A stretch of DNA of 64,000 bases. Origin: Marsupella aquatica. Taxonomy: Eukaryota > Plantae > Marchantiophyta. The DNA is taken from contig OZ316896.1 in NCBI GenBank assembly GCA_973895155.1, positions 20,588,052-20,652,051 on the forward strand, in the 5' to 3' direction. The notes beneath the pieces were generated by a model. That model was not told where the DNA came from. It was given only the letters and a program-made list of their open reading frames with translations, and did not search any database. Shown here in pieces: positions 1 through 12,914 of the stretch (the stretch's first letter is position 1; each line of letters opens with the position of its first letter). The position numbers and the translations under genes were made by a program.

Positions 1-1289
1 CGCCAGCTGCGTCCTGAAAGCAGCAGAGATCACTCACCACCAGCTCTCCAACCCGTGCCTTTCCTCACCAACAGTCGGCTGGTTGTTGCGACGAACAGAG
101 CAATTTGATGAAAAGAGTACTATGTCTATGTCGGTCGATTGATGTAAATGCCGTCATTTTCGGTGCAAAATGATTCACCCGTGCGCTCGGCATCATCCTG
201 TGATGGGTTGTTGAGCTGGACACAGATTGGTCCAAGAATCTGAAGCTCGACGTACTTTTGCATGAGGTAGGAATTGGTAACCTAGGAACGAAATTCGTGT
301 TCCATATTTGCCAACTGCAACAGATGGGCACGGATTTGCAGAAGTTTGATGTCTCACGCTTTTATTCGTTTCGTACACAGAATCAGTAAGGTTTTGTTTG
401 TTCTTTTACTTCCTTAGTGTCACTTGTAATCGTATGAAGATTGCTCTTTGTAATTGGGACTCTCCAAAATTAATGGTTGGACAGTACCTCTGATTTTTAT
501 TTGGTGTAAGGGATGTTTCGTCTTTATAATTTGGCTGCTTCTGATCGTCCTAATATTGCTGGAACCTGCCGCATTATCAAACAGAAGGCAAAGTAATTGA
601 CCAAAATCGAGCCGGCTATCACAGTTTCAAAAAGCTACCCTACAAACGTGATCAACTTAGAGGAGAGGTGGACGCAAAATCTTAAAGAGTCGTCCACTGA
701 AATGCGGGGACCACAATAGTCAACTACACCACTTACATTTCAATAATACGCAACATTGGTTTCCCAGACGGAATCTCTTGATTGCCGTGGTAAACAGCGA
801 TGATGCACGTCTAAAGAACAATGCTGAACGTGAGATATACAACCGCACTTCAAGAAGTTGGGGTAAAAGGCTCCTAAGCCCAACACGCTGGAGTTGTCAT
901 ACCAATATGCGCACTGCAAATTTATGTAATGTCCTCTCAACATCCAGTGTAAGTCTTCTCCACGAGCTGGTTGTAATTAAGTAACCTAAAGTACCATTCT
1001 ATCTCAGCTCGTTAGACCACAGGATGAGCCTCTAAGCCTCCGACTAGTTTACACACAACATCGTCATCCGACTGATAACCACGGATGTATCGAAATGCAC
1101 AAGAAAAGCAGGCCAAGCTGAGAAGTAATTTATCGGTAGACTTCCACAGCGAACGTCTCGTTTGTAAACCACATCGTCTCGTTTGTATTCCACTTCGAAA
1201 GCATCATCAAAAAGAAGTGACGTAAACGACCAATGAACTATTTCTGTCAAACGGGAAACGAAAAAGTACTGAAAAGGGGGGAAGGATAA

Positions 1290-1562
1290 AAATTGACGGA
1301 CTTACGAGAATAGACGAAAGTGTAATGGGTCTCGAAGATTTGCATCGGGGAACGGAGCTACGAAAGTGTAACGGGTCTCGAAGATTTGCATCGGGGAACG
1401 GAGCTAGTCTGTAAAACAAACTGACGGATTTACGCGAAAGAATACACGAAAATTGTGATGGGTCTCGCGAGCTAGTCTAAAAAACAAACTGGCGGATTTA
1501 CGCGAAAGAATAGACGAAAATTGTGATGGGTCTCGAAGTTTGGCATCGGGAACGGAGCTAGT
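1290..1562 (+). repeat. Degenerate tandem repeat upstream of NLR1 (variable-length units)
   Basis: Repeated segments CTGACGGATTTACGCGAAAGAATAGACGAAAATTGTGATGGGTCTCG and GAAGATTTGCATCGGGGAACGGAGCTA. About 4 partial copies here versus 2 at ~19655-19810. Confidence 0.75.
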
Positions 1563-3682
1563 TGATATTGTCAAAGTCCTTCCTTCAATGCCGAGCCCTC
1601 TGGGCCTTCGTTCTCATCTACCTACAGTAGTCGAGCAGGTTCACAGTTGCAACGTTGGGCTATCCTCCGTAGTCTCAACAATACGAGTAAAATCTTTACA
1701 CTAGCTGGAAGTAAGTCACCTTCAGCATCATTCTATCTCAGCCCCTATCAGACCATAGGATGACTACGTCTAAACCTACGCACGTTCATTAGTTTGCAGG
1801 ATGCAACGTGGACAGCGACTCGCGATGGTGCTGGATGAAGGTTGAAAAGAACGCGCAAAGCAGACATAAAAACAATACTGCGGTAGTGCATAGTAGGTGG
1901 ACGGGTGGAGTGACCTCTAGAGGAGCCGATTCGGCCCAGCCTTCGTTCACTGTGAAATATGAGATCGACGACGATAATCACCATCCCGTGCGCACTGTGG
2001 CATAAATTTACAGCTTCCCTAGCTCGGGAAAGTAAAGTCTTGAATGAATAGGTTATGTCGATTGACGACGGAAGTCGATGGAAGACGACCTTCCCAGAGA
2101 TTAAGCTACAAAGAGTACCGTTTCAGATTGAGATCTCGTTAGAGGACCTTTACAGGAGCTGCGAATCCCCGTCCTGTAGCCGAGTTCTGTGGGTTTCAAT
2201 CACAAGGTTCTTAGGTCGAAATACAGAGGCTCTAAATTGTTCGTCAATCTTAATAAGCCAAGCTCTTGAGCAGTCCGTAGAGATCCTTGACACATTGGCT
2301 AGAACGCTGCAGGGTTGTCACACCTTTCTTATCTGTTTTCTCCGCAGTAGGAAATGGATGTCCAGGCCCGTACCCAGGAGAGAGCACAAAGGGTGTGTGT
2401 ACTTAATAACGCTTACAAATTGGGGCAGAATCTGAAAGTGAATGGAGGCAAGTGCATGTTTTATTCTTTTCACTTCCCTTTGAGTCTTTCTGTTCAACAG
2501 TTTGCTCCAGAGCTGAGTCCTGCAAGTTCAAATCTGAAACCGACACGCACAATGCCGAATAAGTCCTCACTTGTGTATTCTTAAGTTTCTCTTGACTGAG
2601 TATTTTTGGTAGATTTTGTGGGTTGAGGCAGTCACGATCAAGTGCAGCTGTTGTTAAGAGAGAGCAAACTTGGTGTCACGCCATTATGTGCACCGCAAAT
2701 TTACATGATTTCGTCTCAACAACCCGTGCAAAGACTTCTCAAAGAGCTTGAAGTAAGTCACGTACAGCAGCATTCTATTCCAGCTCCTTAGACCATAGGA
2801 CGACGAAAAGTAGCCTTGTGAGCTCCCAAAATCGAAGGAACCCGCAAAGCAGCCAATAAAATAAATCTGGAAACGTTTACACCACGGCGGTTCCTTCGGG
2901 GTCTGTCCACGGAAATCGTCAAAGTGAGAACAGACAGACGCCGTTACCTTCGGTTGTCTCTCACTAGCAGCATCCGCCCGTCAAACTATCGACCCGGCTC
3001 GACCACGGATTGGGTAAGGGAAGAGAGAGTCTTGCCCTGCTTTGATTCTATCTGTTCTCGATACTTCTGCGCCGTTCGGTATTCTCTGCTTTGATCGCTG
3101 ACGGGTTCGATCACGGTGCGAAGTGCCGGGGCTCTGGTCCTGACACAACTTGGTCGAGGTGTGGTAGGTCTGCAAGGTGATGGAGAGCTCGCTTGGGGAG
3201 AGCTCGCTTGGGGAGAGGACCTTACGGATGCAGAAAGCTACGGATGATTTAATCAAAGCTGCCGTCAGATCAACCACATGTCATATGTCCTATGACTTAC
3301 TGTAGGTTTTCCTCGCAAGGGTTGTTCTTCTCATCGAGGACTTTCAGCGGTGTTTCCTTCGCATCGAGCCTTTGAGCAAATCGAAATGTTCGGCCGACTT
3401 TTCGGGGAGGGCTCCTCGTCGCATCTGGACAAGCCTCTGGTTCTAAGAGAAGGAAAACAGTTCATCAGGTGGGGTTCACAATTCAAACTCCTCATCTCGG
3501 TCTTTGTGAAGATCTGCATTGTTTGCTCCTTTATTTTGCCTTGCCTCAAAGCCCGTTTGTCTCCCATTCTACTCCCTCGATTGTAAATTGTAACATAGTT
3601 AGAGAATCACGATCACTTCAATCCTCGATGGCTTGTCTTCGCATTTGTCCACACAGTGGAGATCCCGTGTGGAGAAGCCCAA

Positions 3683-6600
3683 ATGAGTACAGTAATGACC
3701 CGTTTTTGTGTTACGAATTGGTCGTCTCAGGTGAACGAATCTCTGTACGAATTTCACAGACCAGAATGCCCTCCCAACATGCAGATTGTATTCTTCCATG
3801 GGATCCACTCGGGGAACTCCACGGATGCCCATTTAGATCCGTGGAAAAGCAAGGACGGCACGTTTTGGCCTCAGAGATGGTTGGCTGAGGCATTCCCCAA
3901 CGCTCACATATTTGCTGCGGCTTACAGTGGGGGAGTAGGGAAGAGCTCATATGAGAGCTTTGACTTGTATGTTATTGCCGAGAATCTGTTGCTTGATATG
4001 ATGGAGAAAGAAATTGGGCAATTGCTCCATTGCCCTGTTGTACTGGTTGGCTACTGCTTCGGTGGCATTGTAATCAAGCAGTTGTGTTTGCAAGCAACCA
4101 AGCTGAACAGGAGCTCGACAAAGGGCAAGACTTTCCTAAACAGCATAAGAGGGATCTTTTACTACGGTATCCCTCACGACGGGTTCCCATTTGTATCCCA
4201 ACAAGTAGACCTTCTCCGGAGTCCGTTGTCGTCTTACTTGAAAAACCTGAGCACAGAAGCAAAAAGATTGAAGTACGAGTTCGATCACCTACGTGGAATT
4301 CATGGGAATTGGGGAATTCATAATATTGGTGAAAGTCTCCCCACAAAATCGGTACAGATCTACTGCTTAATTACTTTTTCTATTATGTAAGAGAGTGCTG
4401 GTTCTTGCAATTAATTCGAAGATTGTGTTGTTTACATTCAGTCGGTTGCTCTAGTAGAGATGCCCTGTCTAGTAGCTCTTCAATAACTTAGTCATTTCTG
4501 ATGTCTGGCGGCTCCGTTGCGTCCGGATACGCTGTGACCGACTCGCACTCTGGATTCTTTACCAGTTTTGATCACAGTCCAGAGAGTCAACCACTTTAGT
4601 CCCTAAGACTATTAAGTCTCTTGCTTGTATGGACGACCTTCAGTCAAGTTCGGTCATTGCTAGATCTAGAGCTGCTGACATGGGTCCTGCTAGGTCTAGA
4701 GAGCTGACGGGATCCATGTGGTCACTGAACGAGGAAGAATCCGCCCTCTTTAGCTGTTTACCGAAGGCTCCTCATCAAAGAATTGCTTACTCACAAGAGA
4801 AATTCCTTGCCTTCTTCCCTGTCTTCGCACTTGACAACTAGCATTTCGGGAGACGATCAGTTCAGTCTGGCTGAGAATGTTTTAGATTTAGATTAGATTA
4901 GATTGTGTGAAAATTCGATCACAGTTTTCAGGAAAGCAAAATCTGGAGCTTTTGATAGTCGATAGAATTCTCTACCTGTGCAAAATCCTAATGTTGAATC
5001 TCGACTCGGACCTTCTCGGGATAGAGATTGGCTTCTGTTAGAGATATGACGAAAGCGCATGCTTGGTGGCTGTGCAGAATTTGTTTCCAAATGTTGTGGC
5101 AGTACCAGAGGCGTCGTCCAGAGACGGAGAGTGTTTCAATATCGTAAAAGCAATCCATATTTCAATCTCAAAACCTGTGAGTAAAATAGACAGAAGGTTC
5201 TCTGCCTTGAAGAACCTCCTTCACGACGTTGCCACAACCTCTCAGGTAAAAGGCGGGATCCTCCCTGGGTGAAGCAGTTTGTCATATTTCCGTGATGATT
5301 TGACACATCATGTAATCGTGAGTTGTGCACTTTGTTACGGGTCTTTGTCAAGGTTAACTTTTATTTTCTTCCAAAATTCAAGAAATCTTGACGACTTCAA
5401 TTCTTGGAAATGTAGGAGGAATCAAGAGAAGGAAAAGAAACCTCTGTGCAAGGTGCTCGCCCTCAAAACTTCCAGCGTCTACCCCAGCACATGACTGACA
5501 TGCAGGTTGAAGAGGAAGCGATCATAAGCAAGCTTGAAACTGTGACAACACTAGGCTTGGTTGGCATGGGAGGACTAGGGAAAACTACCCTTGCAAAGGC
5601 GGTCTTCAACATATTGAGCCCCAAGTTTGATTATAGTTGCTTTGTTTCAGACGTGAAACTTATTAGAGGGAGGGAGGATGATGTGAAGGAAGAGTTGTGG
5701 AAATGTTTGCATTTCCAAGGCAAGAAGGTTGGAGGAGAACGCAATTTGTCTATCTTGAGGGGTAAACAATTGCTACTGGCTTTGGATGACGTCTCTGATC
5801 GTGATATTAATGTTTTACTTGACTTAGCTGAAGATACAGATCCAGCAAGCCGCTTCATTTGGACGTCTCGTGAGCGTGACATTTTGAAGGTCGTAGGCGC
5901 AATTCACGAGGTCCATTTCTTGGCTGAGAACCATGCTAAATTGTTATTCATGAAGCACGCGTTTCCTGAATCGACAATGCCAAATATGCAATTAGAAAGT
6001 CTCATTGGAGACGTTGTCAGGAAATGCGATGGGCTCCCTCTAGCCCTAGAAGTTGTGGGAAAGTACCTACAGGGGAAAGAGAAGCAGGAGGTCTGGAAAG
6101 ACACTCTAAGTGTGTTACAAAGAGCAGAAAAGGTGAAAAACTTGAACGAGAGATTATGGGCGAAGTTGAGGCTGAGTTTTGACAGCCTTGGAGAGAAGGA
6201 GCAGGAGATGTTTTTGGATGCCACAAACTTCTTTTGCGGTCACTGGATATGGGGATTGGGTGAAGCCAAAATGGCATGGAGAGCAATTTATGGAGAGGGG
6301 ATTGAGCTACTGTGGCAAACCTTGGTAGAGATGTCTCTTGTCTATGATGTGGGAGAGGATGACAGTATCAAGGTGCATGAGCAACTCCAAAGTGTTGGAA
6401 GAATGATTGCATCTGAGCCTGAGCACAACGGCAAGTACCAGGTTTGGAGGTGCAATACAGACGGGGAAGTTGAGTTGCTTGGAACATCAGATGCATCGCA
6501 TGGAAAGGTATTTAATTATAACATCCTAGTTTGCAATTCACATCCATTAGCCAAGATTCCAAGTAACATATGCAAAAGTTTACATTTGAACTGGGTCAGT

Positions 6601-8354
6601 TTTTGGCAAAGGGTTCTATTGAAGTGAGAATGAGTGTCATGTGCGGCTCTTTTTCTTCATTTCTTTGGGGCCCCCAGTCATGTAAGGTGGGTGCAAGCAC
6701 CTCCGATGGAAAAACGCGAACCTAGGCAGCATCTGGCAGACGTGTTTGGGTGATTCAATAAATCTGAGGAGACACAGAAGGCAAGTTTGTTTCAATTGCT
6801 GATCCATCTTGACCCAAAAGTTGCGGTATTTTTAACATAAAGGTTCTTTTCATTTGGAATTGTAGGAAGTTCGTGCCCTGCAGGTCCACCTTGAGCTTAT
6901 TCCACCCTATAGGTTCTTGGAGTTTCCTAATATTCTTGGAGGGGTTATCCGGGTCCATAGTTCAAGGATGGGTTTACATAATCCGAGGAAGTTGCGGTTC
7001 TTGGAATTCGACAGAGAGATTGAGATTGTTGGAGCGACGAACGATACATCGCTACCAACCCAGCTTGTCTTGCTGAGCTGTTCTGGTCAGGTTCTCTTCA
7101 ACCCTGCCCTCCAAAAAGATCTGGTTGGTCTGAAACTATGGGGCATGGAGGACGTGCCGACTTCTATTGGGCAGCTCTCCAAATTAGGCCATCTTCAAAT
7201 AATATTGAATGGCGCAAGATGCCATTCCCTACCCAGATCCTTCGGGGAACTCGGCTCGTTGCGACACCTTAGATGGGTATCTTGTGAGGGCTTGCAAAGC
7301 TTGCCTGAGTCATTCGGGCAACTCAGCGCGTTGCGACACCTTAGATTGGTATCGTGTGAGGGCTTGCAAAGCTTGCCTGAGTCATTCGGGCAACTCAGCG
7401 CTTTGCGAGACCTTACATTCCGTGGATGTCCTGATTTGGAAAGCTTGCCTGTCCTTCGGGCAACTCAGCACTTCGCGACACCTTCGATTCTCTGAGTGCG
7501 GGTCACTCAGAAGCTTGTGTGAGTCATTTGGACAACTGAGGGCGTTAGAGCACCTTATATTCGGAGGGTGTGATTCGTTGGGACGCTTGCCTGAATCCTT
7601 CGGGCAACTCTCTGCCTTAAACCATCTTGAATTCAGATGTTGCAACAGCTTGAAACTCCTCCCTCAATCTTTCGGACAAGTCTCCAGGCTAGAACATCTT
7701 TCATTTCGGTCCTGCCGAATACAATCTCTGCCCAAATCTTTTTGGCAACTCTCCGCTCTAACCCGTCTTTCTTTCAAGAAATGCCCAATACAATTTCTGC
7801 CCGAATCTTTTGGGCAGCTCTCCGCCCTAACCTCTCTTTTTTTCGATGAATGCCCAATAAAATCTCTGCCCGAAAGTGTCGGACAACTCTCCAGCTTAGA
7901 ACGTCTTTCAGTCTTGTCCTGCCCGATAGAATGTCTGCCCGAATCTTTTGGGCAGCTCTCCGCCCTAACCTCCCTTGTATTCGCTGCTTCGCGCTTTGGC
8001 TCATGGACTCTGCCAAACATATCAACTCTACGGAATCTCCGATATCTGCAATTATGGAATTATTCTGTCACGACCATTCCGGACTGCGTCAGGAGCTTGA
8101 AGTCATTGCGCTGTGTAGAGATCATTAGGGCAAAACCTATTGTCGACTGGCCCCAATGGTTGGTGCCCAGTCAAAACGTGGAGGTTTCCAATCACCAGGG
8201 ACTGACAGACATCTACCAAATTTTCCAAGTGCGTGATGGAATTCTTTTCCTAATCGAGGAGGGTCCAGGAAGGTATAACTATTGGCAGGACCCCGATGGG
8301 TTCTTCCATGCAGATTATCTCAAGACGGACATATCCAAGCTTCTGGACCTTTGA
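3683..8354 (+). pseudogene. NLR1: alpha/beta-hydrolase-NB-ARC-LRR receptor with a frameshift in the LRR exon (truncated receptor or pseudogene)
   Basis: Predicted exons ~3683-4351, 5079-5245, 5416-6507 and 6866-8354, joined in frame at GT-AG junctions. Hydrolase motifs: IVFFHG, WPQRWL, GYCFGG elbow, HISISKP. NB-ARC motifs: P-loop GMGGLGKTT, kinase-2 LLALDDV, GLPLAL, VHE. LRRs follow the LPESFGQLSAL pattern. A 2-bp deletion at ~7451 (CCTGTCC versus CCTGAGTCC in the paralog) gives a stop at 7495. The start codon is inferred. Confidence 0.88.
4429..4899 (+). mobile_element. Candidate short retroelement-like insertion in NLR1 intron 1
   Basis: Flanked by the 9-bp direct repeat AGATTGTGT (4420-4428 and 4900-4908) and ends in a (TTAGA)n-type tail. 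There is no empty site in the window to confirm it. Confidence 0.4.
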
Positions 8355-8371
8355 CTTGTCAATGGAAATTA

Positions 8372-8735
8372 GGGCCAACTCGCATGTCGACACTCCTTCA
8401 CAATGCGGCCCTTACCTCATGCGCCACTTCAGGGAAAAGTGTGATCTGCTATACCAATCAGAGAAACCAGTACAAAGTCATCGTTGATCGTTCTGTCAGC
8501 GACAGTCCAGGACGTGCTATGTATAGAAGCTTGAGGTTTGTTTTATTAGCAAAGTAGAGGTCAGGACCTGCTAGGGCCGGAAAGTTTCCGGACCTTGCCA
8601 TTGGGTCCCCACCAGACCTGCAGTCAGGCCTGCCAAAGGAGGGGCTTACGGGATTGCACAATTATCAAGTCTCATCACGACATGTTGCAGTCTAAGGGCC
8701 GCATTGTGAAGGACTCTCGACATGCGAGTGGGCTC
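8372..8735. mobile_element. PIF/Harbinger (Tourist-like) MITE just downstream of the ancestral NLR1 stop codon
   Basis: ~43-bp imperfect TIRs (GGGCCAACTCGCATGTCGACACTCCTTCACAATGCGGCCCTTA / TAAGGGCCGCATTGTGAAGGACTCTCGACATGCGAGTGGGCTC), TTA target duplication, and an empty site in the paralog (GGAAATTAAGGGATC at ~26273-26287). Confidence 0.9.
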
Positions 8736-10519
8736 TTAAGGGATCAAGTCTGTCGTGAGACACCTCACCAGAGAGAACAGTCAGCGCGCACAGATTGGTG
8801 TATTTGTCGCAGTTTCGCCACAAATCCTCCATAGTAGTCTGTATTATTTAATGTAGAGGCGGATGTGTACAATGGTTTTTAAATTTTAAATACACGTATG
8901 ATCGTTGTGCATCGAATCTCTATGATATGGACTCTTAAACCGAGATATTGCTGACATTCAAGGATTACATGGCAATTTTCGTCTAGAACATGTCTGCTCC
9001 AGTTCTTATTGTTATTTTATTCACTTGTACAACAGAGATCGTTGAGATTTACGCTACTCATGTGACACCTGCTCGAACTGATAGTCACTCCGCGTCATAA
9101 GAAAACTTGCTGGAGACTGCAGAAGCAAAATAAAATTCCTTGCCACCCCGATGACCGCCCTGCCCAGGCGAAGTGCCTTGAGACTGTCAAGGGATTCAGC
9201 ACACACGCCCTTTAGGTTTGCATTCGAACAAAATTTACCGTAAGTCTGCACGCTACTAAAGAAATGTACGACGAAGACTGAATTTTGAAGTCACTAAACT
9301 GCCACCTATGGCTGAGCGAGGTATGGCTTTCAACTCCACGATGGCCAGAATTCCAGGACTTTCAGGACTTTACATCACACTGATTAACAGGAAAAGCGTC
9401 TCATGGCATGCTTGAAGTCACCATTGTTATGACGAGACCTGCTGGCGTTTATTTCTTTTTCAGGTGGACCAAAGCATGTAGGCACAATGATAAGAGAATT
9501 CAATCGAACGGAGTCTGTATGTACTGGACGTTACCTCAGTGTGGAATGTAACTGTGGAAGTCATAAGCATTTAAGACCTTTTGCAGAACTAGCACTGAAG
9601 GCCAGTGATGGGAAAAGACTCTGTCAAGATTTTCCCTTCTCCGCAGTCTGTAGGATTTTTCCACATTTGAGATCCGGCCAGCTGCCCACGGAGATTCCTG
9701 GATTACTGAGGATGCGAGGAATTGGACAGAATTGTGTGCCCCCCACATCGTGGCCCCCGAAAGGATGGTTCATGCAGTTCAGAACTCCAACGTCATTTCA
9801 TTTTCTTGACAGTGCTCAACATGATTTTCTTCCGTTGAAAATGAACTCAGGTAACAAACTTTGAATGCATGTGTTGTGATTATCTGAAGGCATCGTAGGC
9901 GTCCATGGAAAAAAACACATATTTGCTTGGGATCACACGTGATTCCATTGAAAATAGACTTAAGTAACAAACTATGAATTGGTGCGTTGTGATTATCTTA
10001 AGGCATCGTAGGGGTCCACAAAAAAACACGAAAACAGGAATTTGCTCAGGATCGCAAATGTTGCAAGGGTCGCTGCCAAATCAATTTCCATCAAGCGATC
10101 ATGGGCCTGATTTACAGCTTCTAGAGGTCTGAAGATTAGTTAAAATTCACGCATAACCATCAGCTACTGCATCCACTGTCTTGTCGGAATACTGAGCGCT
10201 TCGGATACTGACCCTGAAACACAACTTGAATCACCAAGCGTCCCTTTGAATCCCTCCCATTACGACCCACCACTAACTGTTTGACTGAGAACCAGCGAGG
10301 CAAGCATAATTCAGTGCGTTGCTTGAGTATGGTGGACACTAATGTAATTCCATAAAATTTCCTGTCTATATGAACGCTGCCCTCTCACGAAGAACCTTCG
10401 ACAGTGAAATCGATCCTTTCAGCATGAATCAGTGCTCTTACTAAACCGTGTCGATGCCACTGGTTAGACATAAAAATCGAGCATGATATCAGGATAACTA
10501 CTATGACTAGCTAGGAAGT

Positions 10520-10780
10520 ATGGTCAGTCGCACTGGTGCCGACGAGATCACTGCCGTGAAGGACTTCTTTCTTGCCAACTCAGTTCTCGGTCTCCACTGG
10601 TCAGAGACATTCAACGAAGTAGAGAACCAGGCCCGGAACGAGGTCAAGCTGGAGATCGTCAGAGATTTTCCACCCCTCTGGCAATTTTTGCAAAACAGGG
10701 AGGGAGTCTCGAAAGGTTCAGTTATCGCTGTACATCGGCAGGTTTGGTTCAAGAAGCCGTTTCCATCACTCTGGCCATAA
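10520..10780 (+). other. Short 86-aa ORF of unknown function in the duplicated downstream block
   Basis: ORF MVSRTGADEITAVKDFFLANS... Two further copies at ~27919-28235 (frameshifted) and 28277-28540 (premature stop). No recognisable domain. Confidence 0.3.
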
Positions 10781-12914
10781 GTCCATCAAAGGACTTAAAA
10801 ATCCTTTGATAGAAAAATCATCAGAATTGACAATCATGAGGATCGTTATATATGCGAGCTCGTTATAGTAGCAAGCAGGAAGTTTTAAATTTGACATACG
10901 GGTTTGACTGGTAGATCTGAGTGTATCGGAAGTTATCTAGAGCAGTAGTGTCCCTGCAAATCGTTTAAGCCGTGCAATGCCATCCCCTTAAGCGGGATTG
11001 TTTTGCTGCAAAGGGAGAGGTCCAAGAATCTTGGTGAAGCTCGATGTATTGATTTGGCTTCAGATTTGGTTTGGTAGTAAAGGTTCAAAAACTTGTAGCT
11101 TGAAACTTCACAGTTGTTGCTAAAGCATTGATGATGACCTCAACGAGTTTATCTCGAAAAGAATCAAATTATAGGAAAAGGAGCAAACAAAATACAATGG
11201 ACAAGACTCAAAAGTGGACCAGAGACAACAAACACGAGAGGGCAAGTGCAAATTAACAGAGAAGGGACCCAGAGCTTTGTTTTGAAGCGTTTTTAAAAGT
11301 GACATACTCTTGCAAGTTCTAGTCTTTTTTTGTTTTTTGGTTTTTTTTAGGAAATGGTGAACCATTTATTAGAGAGGCCACTGAGGGGCAGAAAGCAAAA
11401 CTAATCCCCAAGGGCCAGAACTCACACCAATGAGGCTGCAGCACCAAAAGCGAGCGCATCAGACCACAAGGTCATCCTCAAAAGATAAGGGTTAAGAGGG
11501 AACAAAAACTGCCATTAGAAACTGACATGAGATGAGTCCATAGGCGGACTTTAGTACAGGTCTACAGCAGCACAATGCTCCAAAGTGAGCATGTGCCAAG
11601 TTGAAATAACTTTGTTTCAAATTGTGCACCAAGCCTTCTTCCAGCTTCTGGTGATTTGTTTTCCTGCCCTCTTTGAAAAGGAGGGGGGGGGAGTAAGTTG
11701 ATACTTTCACTACCAGAGAAGATGGTGAGGAGTTGATATACCCTAAGTTCTTATCTTTGCAATGTAGGTACACAGAGTAATTGTTTGGATTTTCACAAAC
11801 ACATGCCAGCAACTTCCAAAAGTGCAAGATGTTTTGCGCTTCTGCATGTACATGTCCAAAGTAATAAGTCTTGCAAGTTGTGATGCAATGCCATAAGTCC
11901 TAAGTCATATCAAGACGGGCACCTCAAGGAAAAGTTAGAACAAGGCCCGAGAAGTAGAATATACATGAGTGGGCTAACACAGTTGATTGACATGAAGTAG
12001 AGCCTGCAAGTGACATAAGCCCCTACCAGCCGATGCATCGATGGGATGAGATCGAGGAAACTTTGAGAGGAAATGATTATAAGCATGTCCCGTTCCCAGA
12101 GTCCCCAAATGAGCATCAAAAGCGTTATTGCCTGCAAAGATAATTGATTTGCATGCAAAGTCTCCGCCTGCTGAAATTTGACGCCAATATCCCTTTGATG
12201 TGCCACTTCCACAGGTGCCTGTATAAATGGGCCCCCACCAGTGTTTCCTTACTAGTAAATTTCAACACACATTTGCTACCAGGTGCAGGGCCTTGCCAAT
12301 GATACAAATGTGTTTAAAGACCCATAATTATAGTGACTTGTTCACCATAATCAACAGTCCATATTTGACTGTACAATCATAGATTTTACTTGTTATATAC
12401 TGTTACTGTACAAGTCAAGTACAAGATGATTGTTTGCAGCCAGAGGCTTCTCAACTCACCATAAGTGCAGCCTGCCCAAAATAAAAATGGATTCATCTGC
12501 CCCCACCTTGCACCAACACTATTCACTCCTGCTCTAGTGAATAGTGGGCCCTCCCATTTTTGCAAAAGTTTATCACAACATGTAAACTATTTTTTGAAGC
12601 CAATTTGTTGCTGGTTGTAGATCTTGCAAAGATCTATTTTTGGGGCAATATACAGACCCCTCTGATGAACAAATGAGATGACAGTGAGCACCTAAAATTC
12701 CCCAAAATGACCCAAATTGTCTGAAAACAGTCCATGTAAGCAGTTGTATGTGCCCATGCATTATAAACAATAGAAGCTACTGGTAACGCCTGAAATACAG
12801 ACAGTTGTAGTGTGGGGGGGAGACCACCATTGAGCAAGTTGTGCAACTGGCCATAACCGACTGGAAAATGTTGTTATATACTAGCTCAATACCCGTGCTT
12901 TGCCCAAAAGAAAT

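Noticed and set aside
5631-8128. Antisense and alternate-frame ORFs over the NLR exons (likewise 23494-25298)
   Set aside because: They are shadows of the real NB-ARC/LRR reading frames.
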